From assembly GCA_040881885.1 (NCBI GenBank), contig JBBECJ010000227.1, forward strand, positions 1-24,605: a stretch of 24,605 nucleotides of DNA, written 5' to 3'. The notes under the pieces were generated by a model that saw nothing but the letters and a program-made list of their open reading frames with translations, made no database searches and was not told where the DNA came from. The position numbers were made by a program, and so were the translations under genes. Positions 17,114-24,605 of this stretch are shown in pieces. The DNA is from Thermomicrobiales bacterium. GTDB lineage: Bacteria > Chloroflexota > Chloroflexia > Thermomicrobiales > CFX8. Numbering within the stretch: the stretch's first letter is position 1; every line of letters starts with the position of its first letter.

Positions 17114-17449
17114 TCAGGAAAAGATGCGCTCGTAGCGATTGACGTTGCAGATAAAGACGGCTGCTCCGCCGACCTGCACTTCAACCGGATTTGGCATGTA
17201 GAACTCTCCCGGCTCCATGATTGGCAGGAGCGGGTTGACGTACTGAGAGCGCGTGTAACAGGTCTGCTTGACTATCCGCAGCACGTCCGGGACACGCTCG
17301 TTGTCGACACCGACCAGGAACGTCGCGTTACTCTCGCGGAGGAAGCCGCCGGCGCTGTTGATCTGCGTCGTGCGGTAGCCGGCGTCAAGCAGCGCCGACC
17401 GCAGGCTGTCGGCATCCTTGCCCTGCACGACCGCGAAGATCAGCTTCAT
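17114..17449 (-). CDS. darA: Cyclic-di-AMP receptor, PII-like (DarA/PstA/YaaQ family)
   Basis: [43 protein letters not shown]. Directly downstream of tmk, as in Bacillus subtilis. Confidence 0.9.
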   Translation of the reverse strand: MKLIFAVVQGKDADSLRSALLDAGYRTTQINSAGGFLRESNATFLVGVDNERVPDVLRIVKQTCYTRSQYVNPLLPIMEPGEFYMPNPVEVQVGGAAVFICNVNRYERIFS

Positions 17450-18096
17450 CGCTCCACACTCCTGTGCCGGACGACGCCGTCCGTGTTGAGCCGCTCGATC
17501 ACGCTCTCAAGTATCGTCACATGCACGTCCGCCGGCGACCGCGATCCATCGACAACGACCCATCGATCGGGATTGGCGCGTGCCTCCTGACGATACCAGA
17601 ATGCAACTCGCGCGTGAAACTCGACACTCTCGCGGTCGATCCGATTGATCTCGCGCGCCCGCGTTCGGCGCTCCAGGCCGACCTCAGCCGGCACATCGAC
17701 GAGTATCGTCAAGGCCGGCGTCGTCGCGCCGACCGCGAGCGTCTGCATCAGCCGCAGTTCATGGAGCGGCAGCCTGCGGCCACCACCCTGGTAGGCGAAC
17801 GTCGAGTCGAAGAATCGGTCACACAGGACGATGTCGCCACGGGCGATGGCGGGCCGGATGACGTTTCGAACGTGCTCCGCGCGCGCGCCCGTCATCAGGT
17901 ATGCCTCCGCTTCGGGGCTGATCGTGGTTTCAGATTCAAGCAACAGCCGTCGCAGCGCCTCGCCAAGCTCCGTACCGCCAGGCTCACGCGTCGTCACGAC
18001 ACGACAGCCGATGCCGCGCAGTGCCTGGGCGAGCAGACCGATCTGGGTCGTTTTGCCGGAACCCTCGGTCCCTTCGAAGCTGACGAACAGGCTCAA
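17446..18096 (-). CDS. tmk: Thymidylate kinase
   Basis: [48 protein letters not shown]. 4-nt overlaps with both neighbours. Confidence 0.96.
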   Translation of the reverse strand: MSLFVSFEGTEGSGKTTQIGLLAQALRGIGCRVVTTREPGGTELGEALRRLLLESETTISPEAEAYLMTGARAEHVRNVIRPAIARGDIVLCDRFFDSTFAYQGGGRRLPLHELRLMQTLAVGATTPALTILVDVPAEVGLERRTRAREINRIDRESVEFHARVAFWYRQEARANPDRWVVVDGSRSPADVHVTILESVIERLNTDGVVRHRSVER

Positions 18097-19793
18097 CTCC
18101 AGCCGCCCTCGCGGTAGATCTCAACGTGTCGCTGGGGCTCGCGGCCCCGGCTGCGCGAGCCAAGGTTGTAGCGGTCCGCGAGTTGGTGCTGTAGCCGGCG
18201 GATGTACGGCGCTTGAGGCCGCAACTCAATCGGCGGAGCGCCATCGAGAACGGCTGTGATCGCTTCCTCTGCCTCGTACATCGCGTTCGTGATCGGGTCG
18301 CCGTCACCACTCGTGACCGTCGCCAGTGGCGCGCCATCAGGCAAATCGTCCGGCCGCACCTCGCGGACGAGGTCGCGCAGGACGTTCACCATCTGGACGA
18401 CCGTGTTGGCGCGCAGGACGTAGATCGCGACGCCGCGTGTCTCGGCCTCGCGGAGTTGCTGTGGCCGCTGGCGATAGTAGTTCTTCAGCGTCAGCGCCAT
18501 GTCCGCCTCGTGGACATCGCGGACGATCAGCGCCGGCAACGCGAGCGCGCCGATCGCCTGCTCGAGCCGGTTGCGGCTCACGCCGAATGGGAAGATACGG
18601 ACGGGCCGCTGCGGCGTGCCGCGTCCGCGCGCCAGTGGATTGCGTTGCAGTTGCTCGGCCTCCGGCTCGGCTTCAAGCCCGCCGCTTTCGATGACACGCG
18701 AATCCTCACGATGAGAGGCGCGCGCCGGATGGCGATCGACACGCTCATGCCGGTCGGCGCGCTCGGGGCGAACCGGCGCGATGTCGGTGATGACCATCTC
18801 GCCGTCTTCACCGCGCTCGCGCAGCTCGGCGCGCTGCTGCTGGCCACGCAGGATGGCGTCGACGGCGCCTTCCACATCGCGGACGACGGCGACGACATCG
18901 CGTTCGCGGATCTCGACCATCACGCCGAAGGTGGGCGGCGCCTTGCGTTCCAGGATTGACTTCTGCGTCCCGCGCCGGCGAGCCTCCTCATCGGAGAGGG
19001 TCACCGATTGAATACCTCCGATCAGGTCGGAAAGCGTCGGGTTCATCATCAGATTTTCGAGCGTGTTGCCGTGGGCGGTGCCGATGAGCTGAACGCCACG
19101 TTCAGCGATCGTTCGGGCGGCTCCCGCTTCCAGTTCGGTCCCGATCTCATCGATGACGATCACCTCGGGCATGTGGTTCTCGACCGCTTCGATCATTACC
19201 GCGTGCTGGAGCGCCGGCGTCGGCACCTGCATCCGCCGCGCGCGGCCGATTGACGGGTGCGGAATGTCGCCATCGCCTGCGATTTCGTTGCTGGTGTCGA
19301 CAACGACGACGCGCTTCTCCAGGTCGTCGGCGAGCACGCGGGCGACCTCGCGCAGCATGGTCGTCTTGCCAACTCCTGGCCGGCCCAACAGCAGGATGCT
19401 CTCGCCGGACTCGACCAGGTCGCTGATGATCCCAATCGTGCCGTAGACGGCTCGGCCAACCCGGCAGGTTAGCCCGACAATGTCGCCCGTGCGGTTGCGG
19501 ATCGCCGAGATGCGGTGCAGCGTCCGCTCGATCCCGGCGCGATTGTCGTCGCCAAAGCGGCCGATCCGGTGCGCGACCTGCGAGAGGTCCTCGCGGGTGA
19601 TCTCGTCGTCGCTGAGCCGGATCGCGCCGTCCTGAAAACGTGCTTCTGGACGCCGGCCGAGGTCGAGCACCAGCTCGATCAGACCGGGATCGTCGCGGTT
19701 ATCCATCATGGCACGGACGGCGTCGGCGATCCGTTCGGGCAGGACGGCCAGCAGGTCGTCAAGATTGTCGGTAACCGCAATCTCGACGTGCAT
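18093..19793 (-). CDS. Ycf45/SpoIIIAA-like AAA ATPase with C-terminal R3H nucleic-acid-binding domain
   Basis: [27 protein letters not shown], Walker [21 protein letters not shown], Walker [15 protein letters not shown]3H motif YIRRLQH. Start uncertain: ATG 19793 or ATG 19868. Confidence 0.88.
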   Translation of the reverse strand: MHVEIAVTDNLDDLLAVLPERIADAVRAMMDNRDDPGLIELVLDLGRRPEARFQDGAIRLSDDEITREDLSQVAHRIGRFGDDNRAGIERTLHRISAIRNRTGDIVGLTCRVGRAVYGTIGIISDLVESGESILLLGRPGVGKTTMLREVARVLADDLEKRVVVVDTSNEIAGDGDIPHPSIGRARRMQVPTPALQHAVMIEAVENHMPEVIVIDEIGTELEAGAARTIAERGVQLIGTAHGNTLENLMMNPTLSDLIGGIQSVTLSDEEARRRGTQKSILERKAPPTFGVMVEIRERDVVAVVRDVEGAVDAILRGQQQRAELRERGEDGEMVITDIAPVRPERADRHERVDRHPARASHREDSRVIESGGLEAEPEAEQLQRNPLARGRGTPQRPVRIFPFGVSRNRLEQAIGALALPALIVRDVHEADMALTLKNYYRQRPQQLREAETRGVAIYVLRANTVVQMVNVLRDLVREVRPDDLPDGAPLATVTSGDGDPITNAMYEAEEAITAVLDGAPPIELRPQAPYIRRLQHQLADRYNLGSRSRGREPQRHVEIYREGGWS

Positions 19794-19858
19794 CGGCGTC
19801 TCGTCGGCGTTCGAGACAGGGTGAGACTGAATCGTTGTCAATGCGTCATTCGCTCCAT

Positions 19859-20923
19859 TCACGCGCATGGGACGCTAGCGCCGTGCCCTGGCGCGGCCCG
19901 CCTCGCGTTTCGCACATAGGTCGGGATACCGCGAGGGACGCGTTCGCCCACGTCGGCCGGGATCGGCGCGAGCCTGGTGTGAATCACTGCCGGCGCGGTA
20001 GTGTGGCGCACCATCGCCGTCCGCTCGAGCTCGAATTCAAATCCAGCGTCTTCGAAACCGGACACGAGTTCGCTCGCGTAGTCCGGAACGACGACACGCA
20101 GACGGCAATTCGGATCGACGCCGGCCTCGGAGGCGGCTGCCAGGACGAATGCCGACGCTTGCGCGCGGTATTCCGGCGATATCAGCAGCCGCGCCAAGGC
20201 CGAGCCGCGCCGAACGTGAAAACCACAGTAGGCCTGGACGCCATTCCTCGTGTCAAGCACGAACGCTGTTGGCCGAGGTGGCATCGCCGTCATCCGTCGG
20301 ACGATCTTGCGCTGCGGCAGCTCCCAGACGGCGCTTGTCAGCGCCTCCGCGAACTGTACCGCCCTTGGGGTGACGTGATGGTACAACTGGTGGATCGACC
20401 AAACATCGCTGTCGTCCTGTTCACGCATGCCCTCCGGCAGACCGACTGGACCGGGCAGCCGCGAGCGCGCCAGAATCATGAACCTCGCGATGCGTTCGAA
20501 GCCGGCCAGGCGCAGGCTGTCATGGGCTGGTCCATCGTCGGGAACCGTCGCGAAGAGCCGCTTCGCGCCGATTTCGCCAGCCTGCTTGACCGAGTATTCG
20601 AGCAACGCGCTCCAGAGCTCGACGCAAACGTCATCCGTCGCGTCGAGTCGCGGCGAGCCGGCCGCGACACCGAGGACATCCCATCGATAGCGTGACGACT
20701 GCGGCCGGAATGAGACGTAGGCGCACAGTTCGCCATCCACCAGCGCGACATAGACGCGTTCTTGTCGCAGGTTGGCCGGTATCGTTGCCAGCAGTTGTCC
20801 GGCCAGATCCGGTTGGGTCGAGTCAATGGCGCCGGGCATGTCGAGCCGATCGCGACGCTGATTGACGTGTCGCATCGCTATCAGGTCGCGTGGCTTCAGC
20901 GGTCGGATGGCGAGAGTTGGCAC
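19859..20923 (-). CDS. Hypothetical protein with probable tandem GNAT-like folds
   Basis: IRPL..RD start, [14 protein letters not shown] strand pair, LLEY...A...GAKRLFATV...L..AGF, and a second repeat (MREQDDSD...LYH...GFE.AGF). No clear R/QxxGxG acetyl-CoA motif. Confidence 0.6.
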   Translation of the reverse strand: MPTLAIRPLKPRDLIAMRHVNQRRDRLDMPGAIDSTQPDLAGQLLATIPANLRQERVYVALVDGELCAYVSFRPQSSRYRWDVLGVAAGSPRLDATDDVCVELWSALLEYSVKQAGEIGAKRLFATVPDDGPAHDSLRLAGFERIARFMILARSRLPGPVGLPEGMREQDDSDVWSIHQLYHHVTPRAVQFAEALTSAVWELPQRKIVRRMTAMPPRPTAFVLDTRNGVQAYCGFHVRRGSALARLLISPEYRAQASAFVLAAASEAGVDPNCRLRVVVPDYASELVSGFEDAGFEFELERTAMVRHTTAPAVIHTRLAPIPADVGERVPRGIPTYVRNARRAAPGHGASVPCA

Positions 20924-20981
20924 GGGTGTCCGGATCTCTCGTTATAAGCCTGTCTCGGCGATGGAGGCCGGAGAGTGTCAG

Positions 20982-21590
20982 CTACAGTGTGCGCCTTCCT
21001 GCAAGCGCTCGGCCAAGCGTAATCTCGTCGGCATACTCCAGATCACCGCCAACCGGAAGGCCGCTGGCGGGCCGGCTGATCGACACGCCGGTCGATATCA
21101 ACTGGCGCGCGATGTACATCGCCGTCGCGTCGCCTTCAATGTTCGGGTTCATCGCCAGAATGACCTCGTCGGGACGCTCACGATCGACGCGCTCCAAGAG
21201 CTCGCGGATACGCAGCTTGTCCGGTCCAATACCATCGACAGGCGAGATAGCACCGTGGAGGATGTGGTACAGCCCACGGAACTCGCCCGTTCGTTCGAGC
21301 GCGAGGACATCCAACGGCTCTTCGACAACACAGATCATGCGCTGGTCCCGGTCGGCGTCCAGGCAGACGAAACATGGATCCGACTCGGTGATATTGAAGC
21401 AGCGCGAGCAGAGAATGATTCGTTCCTTGACTTCGAGGATTGCCTCAGCCAGCGCGAGCGCCTGCTCGCGTGACGAGCGGAGCAGAAAGTAGGCGAGGCG
21501 TGACGCTGACTTCGGACCAACGCCCGGTAAGCGCCCAAGCTCATCAATCAATCTGGCGACCGGCTCCGCTGTGATTCTGGATTGCCGCAA
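20982..21590 (-). CDS. recR: Recombination mediator RecR
   Basis: LPGVGPKSASRLA (HhH), CSRC...CFVC zinc finger, ICVVEEPLD, YHILHGAISP.DGIGP, NPNIEGDATA (Toprim), GGDLEYAD. TTG start with GGTGGAGG RBS. Confidence 0.97.
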   Translation of the reverse strand: MRQSRITAEPVARLIDELGRLPGVGPKSASRLAYFLLRSSREQALALAEAILEVKERIILCSRCFNITESDPCFVCLDADRDQRMICVVEEPLDVLALERTGEFRGLYHILHGAISPVDGIGPDKLRIRELLERVDRERPDEVILAMNPNIEGDATAMYIARQLISTGVSISRPASGLPVGGDLEYADEITLGRALAGRRTL

Positions 21591-21624
21591 TTCGAGCCTC
21601 CACCAGCCTGAATATCCGGTGAAA

Positions 21625-21630
21625 AGTATA
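21625..21630 (-). promoter_or_regulatory. Possible internal -10 element for recR
   Basis: TATACT on the - strand 35 nt upstream of the recR start, in an AT-rich patch, just after a GGCGGC-N-GCCGCC palindrome (21637-21649). No good -35. Confidence 0.3.
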
Positions 21631-21654
21631 CATTGCGGCGGCTGCCGCCCTCTG

Positions 21655-23922
21655 TCACTCGTCCCAGTCGTCGGCTGTGATCACCGATCGCACCTTTGAG
21701 CCATCGGCAGGCCCGATAATGCCCTCGTCCTCCATCGTCTCGATCAACCGGGCGGCGCGGTTGTAACCGATTCTCAGCCGGCGCTGCAACATCGAGGCCG
21801 AGGCCGTTCCTTGCTGGCGGACAATCGTCAGCGCCTGCTCCAGCAGCGGGTCATCGCTGCCGTCATCCGACTCGCTATCGGTCGGCAACTGCGCCCACTC
21901 AGGCTCGTAGACCGTCTCCGGCGCCAGCAACCGCCAGTGCTTGACGATCTTCTGCAAGTCCTGGTCATCGATATACGAGCCTTGAATGCGGTGCGCCTTG
22001 GCGGCGTCGGCCGGCATGAAGAGCATGTCTCCGCGTCCCAGCAGGCGTTCGGCGCCCACGACATCGAGGATGACACGGCTATCGGTCAGGGACGTCACGG
22101 CGAACGCGATTCGAGCGGGAACGTTGGCCTTGATCAGCCCGGTCAGGACATCGACCGTCGGACGCTGGGTGGCGATCAGCAGGTGAATGCCGGTCGCTCG
22201 CGCCATTTGCGCCAGGCGGACGAGAATCGTCTCGACCTCGTCGGGCGTCGTCATCATCAGGTCGGCCAGCTCATCGATGACGACGACGATGTAGGGCATT
22301 TTGTCCAGCGTTGGCTCGGTCGAGCGTCGCAGCTCGTAACCGTCGATGTTGCGCACCCCAAGGCGCGAAAAGAGCTGGTAGCGTCGCTCCATCTCACGCA
22401 GGACGGCCCGCAGCGCCGAGACGACTTTGTTCATCTCGGTGACAACCGGTGACAGGAGATGCGGCACGCCTTCGAATCCGGCCATCTCGACCATCTTCGG
22501 ATCGATCATGATCATGCGCAGGTCATCGGGCGTCTTGGTCAGGAGGAAGGTCGCGATGATTCCGTTAAGGCAGACACTCTTGCCGGACCCGGTCGCGCCG
22601 GCGATCAACAGGTGCGGCATCTTCGCCAGATCGCCGACGATGTATCGGCCGTTGACATCCCGGCCGAGCGGAAGCGGCAGCTTCGCGCTGGACTTCGTGA
22701 ACCCGCTCGATTCCAGCGTCTCGCGCAAGCCGACAGTTGAAATTGTGGCATTCGGAATCTCGATCCCGACCCTCGCCATGCCTGGCACCGGAGCTTCAAT
22801 CCGGATCGAAGGGGCGGCCAGCGCCAACGCAAGGTCGTTGTGCAACTCGGTAATCCGACGCACTTTGACCCCTGAACCGGGCTGGACGGTGAAGAGCGTC
22901 ACGGCTGGGCCAGGAAAGACTTCGCGGACCTTCGCTTCAACCTTGAAGGATGCCAGCGTCTCTTCAATTCGCTTGGCTTTGGCTTCAAGGTCGCTTGCGT
23001 CCGGCTCGGAACTCTCGTAGAGCGCGAGTTGAGAGAGCGACGGGAGCTTCCACTTGCCCTTCGCCGCCGATCGCGGTTCGACCTCGACTACCTCAACAGC
23101 GGACGGCGTGGGGCGAATCGCTGGCGCTGGCTTGGGGGCGCGGATAACTGGTGGCGCGGGAACAACCAGTTCGGCCACCGCCTGAATCTCGCGCGTGCCT
23201 TCACGTTGGAACTTCCCGGTCGCCGGAGTCACGGCGGTTTCAGAAGGATCCGAGGCCTCGTCGATGTCGAAGTCAATACGATCTTCAGGCAGTGGGACAT
23301 CGAAATACACCCGACGCGGGCGAACACGTCGCCACGATTCCGCGATTTCACGCGTCGTGTAGCCGGTGACGAGGAACACACCCGCGAAACCAACCGCGAT
23401 CAGCGTTAGTCCCGCGCCAACCTCGCCCAACAGACGCATCAGGGCGGAGGCGACCGCCCAGCCGGCGGCGCCGCCGGTGGTCGTGACGTCCGCGTCGATC
23501 CGGCCCAACGTGATCAGGCCAACGACCGACGCCGCGGTCACGCCGCCACCGATGATGCGCCGGACCCGCTGGCCGGCCTCACCCGCACGCCAGACCTCAG
23601 CCGCGATGACCGACAATCCAAGCGGCACGAGCATCGCCGCCTGCCCGAACAACGCGCGAGTTGCGCTGCCCAGGTAATCGAGCGCGCTACCACCCGCCAG
23701 CCCGACCAGCGGCAGCGCCATGATGACGGCCGCCGTGAAGACCGCGAACGCGATCAGCTCCTCGCGCAGCCGCGTCGGAATCTCGACACTCGCAAACCAC
23801 CGACCGATCCGGCGTAGCGCGCGGCGCCGACGAGACGGGCGCGCCGGCAAGACGGGAGCCGCGACGTTGACCCGACGGGTCGTTCCCTGTTGTGTTGTCT
23901 TCGTTTTCGCTCGCGCCGCCAC
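21655..23922 (-). CDS. ftsK: DNA translocase FtsK/SpoIIIE
   Basis: N-terminal TM domain, GPAVTLF, RIEAPVPG..RVGIEIPN, Walker A GATGSGKS, MIDPKMVE, Walker B VVIDELADLM, GAERLLGRGDML, gamma domain SASMLQRRLRIGYNRAARL. GTG 23922 lies 5 nt after GAGGAG. Confidence 0.97.
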   Translation of the reverse strand: MAARAKTKTTQQGTTRRVNVAAPVLPARPSRRRRALRRIGRWFASVEIPTRLREELIAFAVFTAAVIMALPLVGLAGGSALDYLGSATRALFGQAAMLVPLGLSVIAAEVWRAGEAGQRVRRIIGGGVTAASVVGLITLGRIDADVTTTGGAAGWAVASALMRLLGEVGAGLTLIAVGFAGVFLVTGYTTREIAESWRRVRPRRVYFDVPLPEDRIDFDIDEASDPSETAVTPATGKFQREGTREIQAVAELVVPAPPVIRAPKPAPAIRPTPSAVEVVEVEPRSAAKGKWKLPSLSQLALYESSEPDASDLEAKAKRIEETLASFKVEAKVREVFPGPAVTLFTVQPGSGVKVRRITELHNDLALALAAPSIRIEAPVPGMARVGIEIPNATISTVGLRETLESSGFTKSSAKLPLPLGRDVNGRYIVGDLAKMPHLLIAGATGSGKSVCLNGIIATFLLTKTPDDLRMIMIDPKMVEMAGFEGVPHLLSPVVTEMNKVVSALRAVLREMERRYQLFSRLGVRNIDGYELRRSTEPTLDKMPYIVVVIDELADLMMTTPDEVETILVRLAQMARATGIHLLIATQRPTVDVLTGLIKANVPARIAFAVTSLTDSRVILDVVGAERLLGRGDMLFMPADAAKAHRIQGSYIDDQDLQKIVKHWRLLAPETVYEPEWAQLPTDSESDDGSDDPLLEQALTIVRQQGTASASMLQRRLRIGYNRAARLIETMEDEGIIGPADGSKVRSVITADDWDE

Positions 23923-23936
23923 ACACACTCCTCGCT

Positions 23937-23958
23937 GTGTACATAGTGTACGTACACT
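23937..23958. promoter_or_regulatory. Perfect 14-bp palindrome plus GTGTAC repeat over the ftsK -10 and predicted transcription start
   Basis: AGTGTACGTACACT at 23945-23958 is its own reverse complement. An extra GTGTAC lies at 23937-23942. Confidence 0.45.
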
Positions 23959-23984
23959 TTACGTCGCGCGGCCTTCCGGGTCAA
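23956..23984 (-). promoter_or_regulatory. sigma70-type promoter of ftsK
   Basis: On the - strand, TTGACC (23984-23979), 17 nt, then TAAAGT (23961-23956), about 35 nt upstream of the ftsK start. Confidence 0.6.
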
Positions 23985-24047
23985 GGAAAAGCGGAAATTC
24001 GGATGAAATGGAACTGGTTCCATGCAGGGGCCGATCCTGTAGCGACC

Positions 24048-24065
24048 CATACGCATCAAGGCAAG
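24048..24065. repeat. Putative right terminal inverted repeat of the IS
   Basis: Begins with CAT as IS4-family ends commonly do, and contains the stop of the restored transposase frame (TGA at 24058-24056). The partner repeat is outside the window. Confidence 0.65.
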
Positions 24066-24605
24066 CCTGTCGATGTGGCACGTGTGCCCTCCGGATCGAT
24101 GAGCCGTTGGTAGGTGTTGGATGGGTGCGACGCGGATTCAACCGTCCAGCATGCGGCAGACAGCGCCGGATAGCGTCGAGTGTGTCTCGCAGGCGACGTG
24201 GGTCCTCGAGGGTATGCGCCAGCATGATGACATGCTGGCGCACCACCTGTCCGGCAGCCACCAGACTATGATCGGGCGCCGCCCAGCCGGCCATCACCAT
24301 CAGCCAGTGCTGAATGAGCAGACCGATCAGCTTGGCATACACTTCACACAGAATGCGCCACGGCTTGGCACTGCGCCAGCTCGCGAGTTGACCATCCTGC
24401 TTCCACAGCTTGAAGAGCAACTCGATTTGCCAGCGGACGCGCAACAGTGCCGGTGCCTCGGCCAGCGTGAGCCGCTCACGTGGCAGGTTGGTGACCAGCA
24501 CCGTCCAGCCAGCCAACGCCAGTCGCTCGGCACGGAGTGTCTGGCGCTTCTTGGACGCCTCGCGCCGCAGGCGTCGCTCACGCTGTCGGCGCACCGCCTG
24601 CGGCG
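24056..24605 (-). pseudogene. IS4-family DDE transposase, C-terminal part, with an apparent 1-bp deletion near the 3' end
   Basis: WTVLVTNLP...LLRVRWQIELLFKLWK (YREK-like catalytic Glu motif). After RRTHP the frame shifts. Restoring one base near 24119 gives HPNTYQRLIDPEGTRATSTGLP-stop, ending in the terminal repeat. Open to the window edge. Confidence 0.75.

Larger units (their letters stand above)
24048..24605 (-). mobile_element. 3' end of an IS4-family insertion sequence (IS231-like end), truncated by the window edge
   Basis: Transposase C-terminus plus terminal sequence CATACGCATCAAGGCAAG (24048-24065, + strand), resembling the IS231 end as I recall it (CATGCCCATCAACTTAAG). Confidence 0.85.

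Noticed and set aside
19835-20695. 286-aa + strand ORF opposite the GNAT-like gene, and the other overlapping ORFs in the track
   Set aside because: Arg-rich with no domain pattern. The - strand ORF fits the operon orientation and spacing.
21631-21650. Intrinsic terminator after ftsK
   Set aside because: Short stem with a 3-nt loop, and the T-run is about 10 nt away.
23937-24023. LexA/SOS box at ftsK
   Set aside because: Neither GAAC-N4-GTTC nor GTAC-N4-GTAC spacing is present. The observed spacers are 2, 5 and 0.
23962-24097. Peptide echo: DPEGTRAT (24097-24074, restored transposase frame) versus DPEGRAT (23982-23962, promoter spacer), differing at third codon positions
   Set aside because: Curious, but only about 21-24 nt with a gap. 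No IR follows the second copy and it coincides with a promoter spacer. Treated as coincidence unless a relic IS end is shown by comparison with sibling copies.
1-24605. tRNA, rRNA, CRISPR array, toxin-antitoxin, defence or prophage genes
   Set aside because: None recognised by eye. tRNAscan-SE, Infernal and a CRISPR finder would be needed to exclude them formally.

Overview
High-GC, gene-dense chromosomal segment. The gene set suggests a monoderm bacterium, probably Chloroflexota/Thermomicrobia-like (inference, no database search). Left end (- strand): orphan dTDP-glucose 4,6-dehydratase (rfbB), a PP2C/SpoIIE-type phosphatase, and the start of a small P-loop protein. The last two run off the window edge and are absent from the ORF track. 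Next is a tightly packed + strand run: HAD hydrolase, trmD, a DapA/YagE-family TIM barrel lacking the catalytic Schiff-base lysine, a YeaQ/YmgE membrane protein and a MacB/FtsX-type ABC exporter with a periplasmic adaptor. An uncharacterised AAA+ ATPase and an FtsH protease follow, separated by a structured intergenic region. Then a bPH/SHOCT membrane protein and recO (-), an NrtR - nicotinamidase-like - NAD kinase cluster (+), and a long - strand cluster: ftsK, recR, GNAT-like, Ycf45-like AAA-R3H, tmk, darA (c-di-AMP receptor), double zinc-ribbon membrane protein. The right end is the 3' part of an IS4-family (IS231-like) element with a frameshifted transposase; its terminal inverted repeat lies about 125 bp upstream of ftsK. 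No tRNA, rRNA or CRISPR array was recognised. The region is mostly housekeeping and I see no clear new multi-gene system. The best leads are the lysine-less aldolase-fold protein, the DarA/zinc-ribbon pairing, the structured ftsH leader and the palindromes in the ftsK promoter.
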